Assembly: GCA_022425195.1 (NCBI GenBank)
Contig: JAKMFX010000027.1
Coordinates: forward strand, 1,511 to 65,510
Length of the DNA stretch: 64,000 nt
Source of the DNA: Flavobacteriales bacterium
Lineage (GTDB): Bacteria > Bacteroidota > Bacteroidia > Flavobacteriales > UBA7430
Direction of reading: 5' to 3'
Made by a program: the position numbers and the translations under genes. Of the stretch, positions 61,651-64,000 are shown piece after piece (position 1 is the first letter of the stretch; every line of letters starts with the position of its first letter). The notes beneath the pieces were generated by a model. That model had not been told where the DNA came from. It saw nothing but the letters and a program-made list of their open reading frames with translations, and made no database searches.

Positions 61651-62229
61651 CTAGGGGGTCAATCTTTTTATGGTCGCGTAGAGTGCTGGCCCTTTAAGGT
61701 TCTTAGCGATGATGAACCCTTTTTCATCAATCAAAAAATTTGTCGGAAGACTATTGACCTCATATCTCTTGCTGATTTCAGAATCCCAACCGCTTAATTC
61801 GCTCCCGTGTGCATCCCAAATCAAGCCGTCCTCTTCTATCGCCAGCATCCAGTCTTGTTTGGCATTTTGCTGTTTGGAATTGCCTTGTCGATCCTTAAGT
61901 CCATCCAGAGAAATACTGATGACTTCAAAACCCTCTGCCATAGCGAATGAAGCTTGATGAAATTTATTGTAGATGGAAACTATATTTGGATGCCCCCTGC
62001 GACAAGGACCGCACCATGAAGCCCAAAAGTCAAGTAAAACAACCTTTCCTCTATAATCCGATAAGTGAAAAATGTTTCCGTCGGGTGAAGAAATAGAAAA
62101 ATCAGGGGCAAGGTCACCTATGTTTAATTGCTCATCATTTGCTGAGACATCAACATGCTCAGTTTTTACAAAGCCTAAACACAGGCAAATGGAAACTACA
62201 AACAGAAGTATGGAAATACGTTTCATCAA
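61651..62229 (-). CDS. Secreted TlpA/ResA-like thioredoxin-fold protein
   Basis: Signal peptide MMKRISILLFVVSICLCLGF and redox motif WASWCGPC. Confidence 0.85.
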   Translation of the reverse strand: MMKRISILLFVVSICLCLGFVKTEHVDVSANDEQLNIGDLAPDFSISSPDGNIFHLSDYRGKVVLLDFWASWCGPCRRGHPNIVSIYNKFHQASFAMAEGFEVISISLDGLKDRQGNSKQQNAKQDWMLAIEEDGLIWDAHGSELSGWDSEISKRYEVNSLPTNFLIDEKGFIIAKNLKGPALYATIKRLTP

Positions 62230-62248
62230 CTATATTGAAACTCTTTTT

Positions 62249-63556
62249 TTAATTCAAACGCGTGATGTCAGCACCAATCGCTTTCAATCGATTTTCAATG
62301 TCTTCATATCCGCGATCAATCTGCTCGATGTTGTGTATGGTGCTCTCTCCATCGGCTGATAAGGCTGCAATCAGCAAGGACACCCCAGCACGAATATCAG
62401 GAGAAGTCATCACCGTTGGCTTCAACATGCTCTTACGGTCTAATCCGATTACCGTAGCCCTGTGAGGGTCACAAAGAATAATTTGAGCCCCCATATCAAT
62501 GAGCTTATCCGTAAAGAACAATCGACTCTCAAACATTTTCTGATGAATCAAGACTGAACCTCTAGCCTGAGTCGCTACCACGAGAACAATACTCAATAAA
62601 TCCGGAGTAAACCCGGGCCATGGAGCATCTGAAATGTTCATTATGGAGCCATCAATAAAACTTTCAATTTCATAATGCTCTTGAGAAGGCACATAGATAT
62701 CATCGCCTACTCTTTCAAGTTTTATTCCGAGCTTTTTAAAGGTACCCGGTATCACGCCCAGTTCATCATAAGCTACATCTTTGATCGTCAAATCGGATTG
62801 GGTCATGGCTGCCAGGCCAATCCAAGATCCTATTTCAATCATGTCAGGCAGCACTCTATGTTCGCATCCTCCTAGCGATTCAACACCTTCAATGACCAAA
62901 AGGTTAGAACCAATGCCTGAGATTTTACCCCCCATTCGATTGATCATCTTACAAAGCTGTTGCAGGTAAGGTTCGCATGCCGCGTTGTATATTTTTGTTT
63001 CCCCCTTTGCCAGACAGGCAGCCATGACAATGTTAGCGGTACCAGTAACTGAAGCCTCCTCCAAGAGCATAAATGTACCCTTGAGCTGCTCAGCATAAAT
63101 CTGAAAAAATCCTTTTTTGTCGTCGTAATTAAATTTGGCCCCTAACTTTTCAAATCCTATAAAATGTGTATCTAATCTTCTGCGACCAATCTTATCACCT
63201 CCAGGCCTAGGGATGGCAGCCTTTCCAAAACGGGCAAGTAGAGGCCCAACAATCATGATAGACCCTCTCAAGCGCCCCCCTTTCACCTTAAAATCCTCAC
63301 TAGCCAAGTGGTCTAAATCAATCTCGTCTGCCTGAAAGCTATATGAGCCCTTGCCTAATTGTTGAATTTTCACGCCAAGGTCACCGAGAATTTCAATGAG
63401 CTTATTCACATCAACAATATTTGGAATGTTATTGATGATTACTTTTTCTGGAGTCAACAAGACAGCACTCAAAATTTGGAGCGCTTCATTTTTAGCTCCT
63501 TGTGGTGTTATTTCACCATGGAGTTTTTTTCCACCATTAATCTTAAATGAAGCCAT
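62249..63556 (-). CDS. murA: UDP-N-acetylglucosamine 1-carboxyvinyltransferase
   Basis: 435 aa. N-terminus FKINGGKKLHGEI..QGAKNEAL, plus the PGGDKIGRRRLD loop. That loop has Asp where many MurA enzymes have the catalytic Cys. Confidence 0.95.
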   Translation of the reverse strand: MASFKINGGKKLHGEITPQGAKNEALQILSAVLLTPEKVIINNIPNIVDVNKLIEILGDLGVKIQQLGKGSYSFQADEIDLDHLASEDFKVKGGRLRGSIMIVGPLLARFGKAAIPRPGGDKIGRRRLDTHFIGFEKLGAKFNYDDKKGFFQIYAEQLKGTFMLLEEASVTGTANIVMAACLAKGETKIYNAACEPYLQQLCKMINRMGGKISGIGSNLLVIEGVESLGGCEHRVLPDMIEIGSWIGLAAMTQSDLTIKDVAYDELGVIPGTFKKLGIKLERVGDDIYVPSQEHYEIESFIDGSIMNISDAPWPGFTPDLLSIVLVVATQARGSVLIHQKMFESRLFFTDKLIDMGAQIILCDPHRATVIGLDRKSMLKPTVMTSPDIRAGVSLLIAALSADGESTIHNIEQIDRGYEDIENRLKAIGADITRLN

Positions 63557-63562
63557 GTTAAC

Positions 63563-64000
63563 CTATTTTCTTTTTCCGTGATTTCTTCCTCGGTTATTTT
63601 TCTTGTGGGTTCTCTGAACTTTGACCTCTGAAAACGAAGAAAGTTTGAAGCCTTCTTTCATTTTCAATTGATCGCCTGACATCTGACTGAGATGTTTCAG
63701 AATAACTTCATCTTCAACCGTAGACTTATTCCATGTCAAATAGCACTTTTTCATGTGATTTGCTATGGTGTGAACAAGTAAATCTTTGTACTCACCTTCC
63801 TCTAAATCTATCGTTCGCTTAATGATTAGCGGTAAGATTTTTCCGTAGTGACGCAGTTTAATATTATTGTCTGAATACTTTAGAGGCTCTGGCTTTTCCT
63901 CAAAACTTTCTTTGGAAGGCTTTTCGTAGGGAGAGTCAACATCTAAGTTGAATTCTGACATGATAAAAAGGTGGTCCCAAAGTTTATGCTTAAAATCAGG
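63563..64000 (-). CDS. DUF4290-family protein, N-terminal part outside the window
   Basis: The ORF-track start (63961) is internal. The frame stays open to the window edge and reads PDFKHKLWDHLFI before MSEFNLDVDSPY. This matches my recollection of the family block DFKHKLWDHL..MSDF.LDIDxPY. The usual position 5' of murA is kept. Confidence 0.75.
   Translation of the reverse strand, partial: PDFKHKLWDHLFIMSEFNLDVDSPYEKPSKESFEEKPEPLKYSDNNIKLRHYGKILPLIIKRTIDLEEGEYKDLLVHTIANHMKKCYLTWNKSTVEDEVILKHLSQMSGDQLKMKEGFKLSSFSEVKVQRTHKKNNRGRNHGKRK

Overview
This AT-rich window looks like Bacteroidota (Flavobacteriia-like) chromosome. Three things support that: fusA runs straight into rpsJ with no tuf, adk is absent from the spc cluster, and start codons lack Shine-Dalgarno sequences but are often preceded by TAnnTTTG (-7) boxes. 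The content is almost entirely core housekeeping, mostly on the minus strand. I saw no transposase, integrase, CRISPR array, rRNA or recognisable defence island.

The centre is one tightly packed 17.6 kb str-S10-spc-alpha ribosomal superoperon, rpsL to rplQ (34418 down to 16798). It has a two-part Bacteroidota-type promoter at 34476-34506 and a terminator at 16732-16761. It includes an rpmJ gene that is absent from the ORF track.

Flanking genes:
- Left: an ABC ATPase, an ABC-F protein, hldD, a YyaL-like thioredoxin-domain protein, mqnD and mqnB (futalosine pathway), a PTPS/QueD enzyme, fabD and rfbB. Next come a Ppx/GppA phosphatase and a sigma-54 activator that lacks a DNA-binding domain, then gltA, eno and carA.
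- Right: a four-gene wecB/deacetylase-like/FemAB-like/membrane-protein cluster, radC, rpsT, two identical tRNA-Glu(TTC) genes and proS. These are followed by a secreted aromatic/His-rich protein paired with a FadL-like barrel, Nif3 with a zinc-ribbon protein, lpxK, gatB, lpxH, gap, lipA, ytxJ, ung, rmuC and rlmB. The window ends with a bacterial nitric-oxide synthase oxygenase, a UbiD-family decarboxylase, grpE-dnaJ, murA and a DUF4290 gene that runs off the window end.

I found no clear-cut novel multi-gene system. The observations most worth a second look are:
- a sigma-54-type -24/-12 element in front of grpE-dnaJ, in the same window as the activator lacking a DNA-binding domain;
- the stand-alone NOS;
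- the aromatic/His-rich secreted protein plus barrel cassette;
- the uncharacterised four-gene envelope cluster;
- a roughly 180 bp degenerate heptanucleotide array (GTACTTG)n;
- a DnaJ with only one zinc centre;
- a frameshift-split Cys-rich lipoprotein-like small ORF in the ytxJ leader.

All functional calls rest on motif recognition by eye and on gene order. No database search was run.
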